64,000 bases of DNA, from NCBI GenBank assembly GCA_047602425.1, contig JASGHG010000001.1, forward strand, positions 3,648,001 through 3,712,000. Reading direction: 5' to 3'. Of this stretch, positions 61,836 to 64,000 are shown piece after piece (the first letter of the stretch is position 1; every line of letters starts with the position of its first letter). A program made the position numbers and the translations under genes. The stretch is from Nibricoccus sp. (lineage in GTDB: Bacteria > Verrucomicrobiota > Verrucomicrobiia > Opitutales > Opitutaceae). The notes beneath the pieces were generated by a model. That model saw only the letters and a list, made by a program, of their open reading frames with translations, was not told where the DNA came from and made no database searches.

Positions 61836-62027
61836 ATGATCAACCTCGAAGCAATCAGGGAAAAAATCGGCTCGGCAACCACTGTTGAGGAGTCGAAACA
61901 AATCGCCCGCTACCTGCTCGGCTATATCAGCGCCATGAACGACGATGTGGAGCCCGATCACGTCAACGGAAATTGGGAGGATCTCACGTTTCGTCTTCCG
62001 ACCGATCCGCTGCGTTTCCGGCAATAG
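61836..62027 (+). CDS. Small hypothetical protein
   Basis: 63 aa with AAGGAG upstream. Confidence 0.4.
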   Translation: MINLEAIREKIGSATTVEESKQIARYLLGYISAMNDDVEPDHVNGNWEDLTFRLPTDPLRFRQ

Positions 62028-62084
62028 CATCGACGGGTTTTGAGCCCCAACCAATGTTCTCTAGGCAGTGGTTGTTGATGGTTT

Positions 62085-62735
62085 TTGTTTTCGATCAAAA
62101 GGTTAGGGTATTGGCGGCGGAATAAGGGAAGATATTCTTTCAAGAACAAAATTTGCCGTAACTTTTGGCGGTCCTTTTACGTTATTAACGCTGACAACAT
62201 GCCGGCCGGGCTTTTCAATATCGGCTCACTGGCTGCGTGGAGTCATCTTATGGGAGTTACCTTATCATACATCACATCAATAAAGCCTTTCGCGCGAGAT
62301 CGCAAAAGCCCCGGGGGCGCCGTCTGGTGGCGGGTGGCTGGTTGGGGAGCCGCATGGCATGTTTGGGCGCGGCGCGGGGCGGCAGTGACAATCTCGGTTG
62401 CTGCGATGACGGTGTTGGCCGAAGAAGATGAACTCAAAATGGACCGGGATTATGCGAATGAACCCGAACTTGGAACTTTAGCCAAAGTGGAACCCAACGA
62501 CGGCTCTTCCAAGATGATGGATTTCGTATTGGCTGAGGTGCGCAAGCGTTTGGAGCCGAATCCGGAAACTGAAATCGTGGAATTGAAAATCGATCCCGAT
62601 TATCACGGGGCTAAAGACACGTATCTGGTCAATGCAGTGCTCGATGCCCACGGCCGCACGCTTACGGTGGGTGTATTGGTTACGGTCAGACAGACGAACG
62701 ACAGATTACAAGCTGACGTCGGATACATCCAGTGA
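62085..62735 (+). CDS. Hypothetical, possibly exported protein (start uncertain)
   Basis: Plausible coding C-terminal half (EEDELKMDRD...VGYIQ). Confidence 0.4.
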   Translation: MFSIKRLGYWRRNKGRYSFKNKICRNFWRSFYVINADNMPAGLFNIGSLAAWSHLMGVTLSYITSIKPFARDRKSPGGAVWWRVAGWGAAWHVWARRGAAVTISVAAMTVLAEEDELKMDRDYANEPELGTLAKVEPNDGSSKMMDFVLAEVRKRLEPNPETEIVELKIDPDYHGAKDTYLVNAVLDAHGRTLTVGVLVTVRQTNDRLQADVGYIQ

Positions 62736-62859
62736 GTTGAAGTGGAGTGCGGGAACGCGCTGCGATTGTTCGCCGCATGAACGTCCCGTGAACAGCGGGT
62801 GGTTCTACCATCTCGAGTGGTGTCTTATACAGTCCACTCCTTTTCTCGGGAAGAAAATC

Positions 62860-64000
62860 TCAGCGTTTCGTTGATTTGCCCTCGACCACAAACGGCGCAA
62901 AGAGGGCGGATTGGGCAGCGGGAAAACGGCCATGGATCGAGACGCCGTCATCACGTTGCTCTTCGCTTTGAATGTGGCCGAGAGCGTGGAGCTTGGCGAT
63001 GACATCGTAGCGCGAATGGGGGACGAACAATTCGACGGATCCAAATTCGTGGGCGATCAACTCGGCGAAGCGACCTTGCAATGCTTCGATTCCTGAACCG
63101 GTATGGGCACTGACGAAGAAACCGTCGGCGGCGAGATGACGGGCTTGGGCGCGCATGGTTTCGTCGGCCGAGTCATCTTTGTTGAAGACGGTGACAATGG
63201 TTTGGCCGGTGGCGCCGAGTTCCTCAAGCACACTGAGCGTGGTGGCGTGGTGGTGGGCAAAGTTGGGATTGGTGACATCGATGACATGCACCAGAAAATC
63301 GGCGACGAGCACCTCTTCCAGCGTGGCTTTGAAGGCTTCGACAAGCCCATGGGGCAGGCGGCGGATGAAGCCCACGGTGTCGGTCACGAGGAGTTTCTGA
63401 CGGTTGGGTAGTTGGAGCTGGCGCGTGGTTGGGTCGAGCGTGGCGAAGAGTTTGTCTTCCGCGAGCACGCTGGCGCCGGTGAGACGGTTGAGGAGCGAGG
63501 ATTTTCCGGCGTTGGTGTAGCCGACGATCGCGGCGGTGGGAACTGGCACGCGCATGCGGCGCCGGCGCTGAGTGTCGCGTTGTTTGACGACCGTGGCGAG
63601 TTCGTCACGGAGGTGCACGATACGATCGGCCACGATACGACGGTCTTGTTCGAGTTGAGTTTCGCCTTCGCCGCCCATGGCGCCTTTGCCGCGCTGACGC
63701 GAAAGATGGGTCCACGCCCGAGTGAGACGCGGGAGGGAATATTCCATCCGGGCGAGGGCAACTTGAAGGACGGCTTCGCGGGTGTGGGCGCGGTCGGCGA
63801 AGATTTCGAGGATAACCTCCTGGCGGTCGATCACGACAAGGCCGGAGATTTCTTCCCAGTTGCGTTGTTGGGCGGGGGAAAGGGCTTCGTCAAAAATGAT
63901 GACGTCGGCACCGTCGGCTTTGGCGAGGGCGATGAGTTCCTCGGTTTTGCCGCTACCGAGCAGGGTGGCGGGCGTGGGCGAACGGAGATTGACGAGCGTG
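62860..64000 (-). CDS. hflX: GTPase HflX (5' end beyond window)
   Basis: GETQLEQDRR, GYTNAGKS, LFATLDPT, DTVGF, NKDD; frame stays open to 64000. Confidence 0.97.
   Translation of the reverse strand, partial: TLVNLRSPTPATLLGSGKTEELIALAKADGADVIIFDEALSPAQQRNWEEISGLVVIDRQEVILEIFADRAHTREAVLQVALARMEYSLPRLTRAWTHLSRQRGKGAMGGEGETQLEQDRRIVADRIVHLRDELATVVKQRDTQRRRRMRVPVPTAAIVGYTNAGKSSLLNRLTGASVLAEDKLFATLDPTTRQLQLPNRQKLLVTDTVGFIRRLPHGLVEAFKATLEEVLVADFLVHVIDVTNPNFAHHHATTLSVLEELGATGQTIVTVFNKDDSADETMRAQARHLAADGFFVSAHTGSGIEALQGRFAELIAHEFGSVELFVPHSRYDVIAKLHALGHIQSEEQRDDGVSIHGRFPAAQSALFAPFVVEGKSTKR

Overview
Bacterial chromosome window, GC-rich; gene content and repeat style suggest Verrucomicrobiota/Opitutaceae (inference). 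Left end (1-5082): an AT-richer, tightly packed minus-strand operon (C5 DNA methyltransferase, PRTase-CE-like protein, frameshifted ORC/CDC6-like ATPase, partial unknown gene) that looks like a defence island. Middle: glpK, a caa3-type cytochrome c oxidase operon with assembly and copper genes, a rhamnose locus (AraC, isomerase, RhaT, GH106), housekeeping genes (HIT, nrdR, glutamine amidotransferase, tgt, UDP-GlcA decarboxylase), and a propionate/methylmalonyl-CoA cluster (mutase, epimerase, MeaB, Na+-pumping decarboxylase interrupted by two TerC genes and extra OadG-like subunits). Right end: an apparently complete 6.9-kb filamentous (inovirus-like) prophage in tRNA-Gln(UUG), bounded by a 26-bp direct repeat. 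The key observation is that attP lies inside the integrase gene. Excision would add 46 residues to Int, and the new stop codon overlaps the rep start (ATGA). Integration therefore truncates Int and separates rep and the virion genes from the head of their operon, a candidate recombination-controlled switch. hflX is partial at the right edge.
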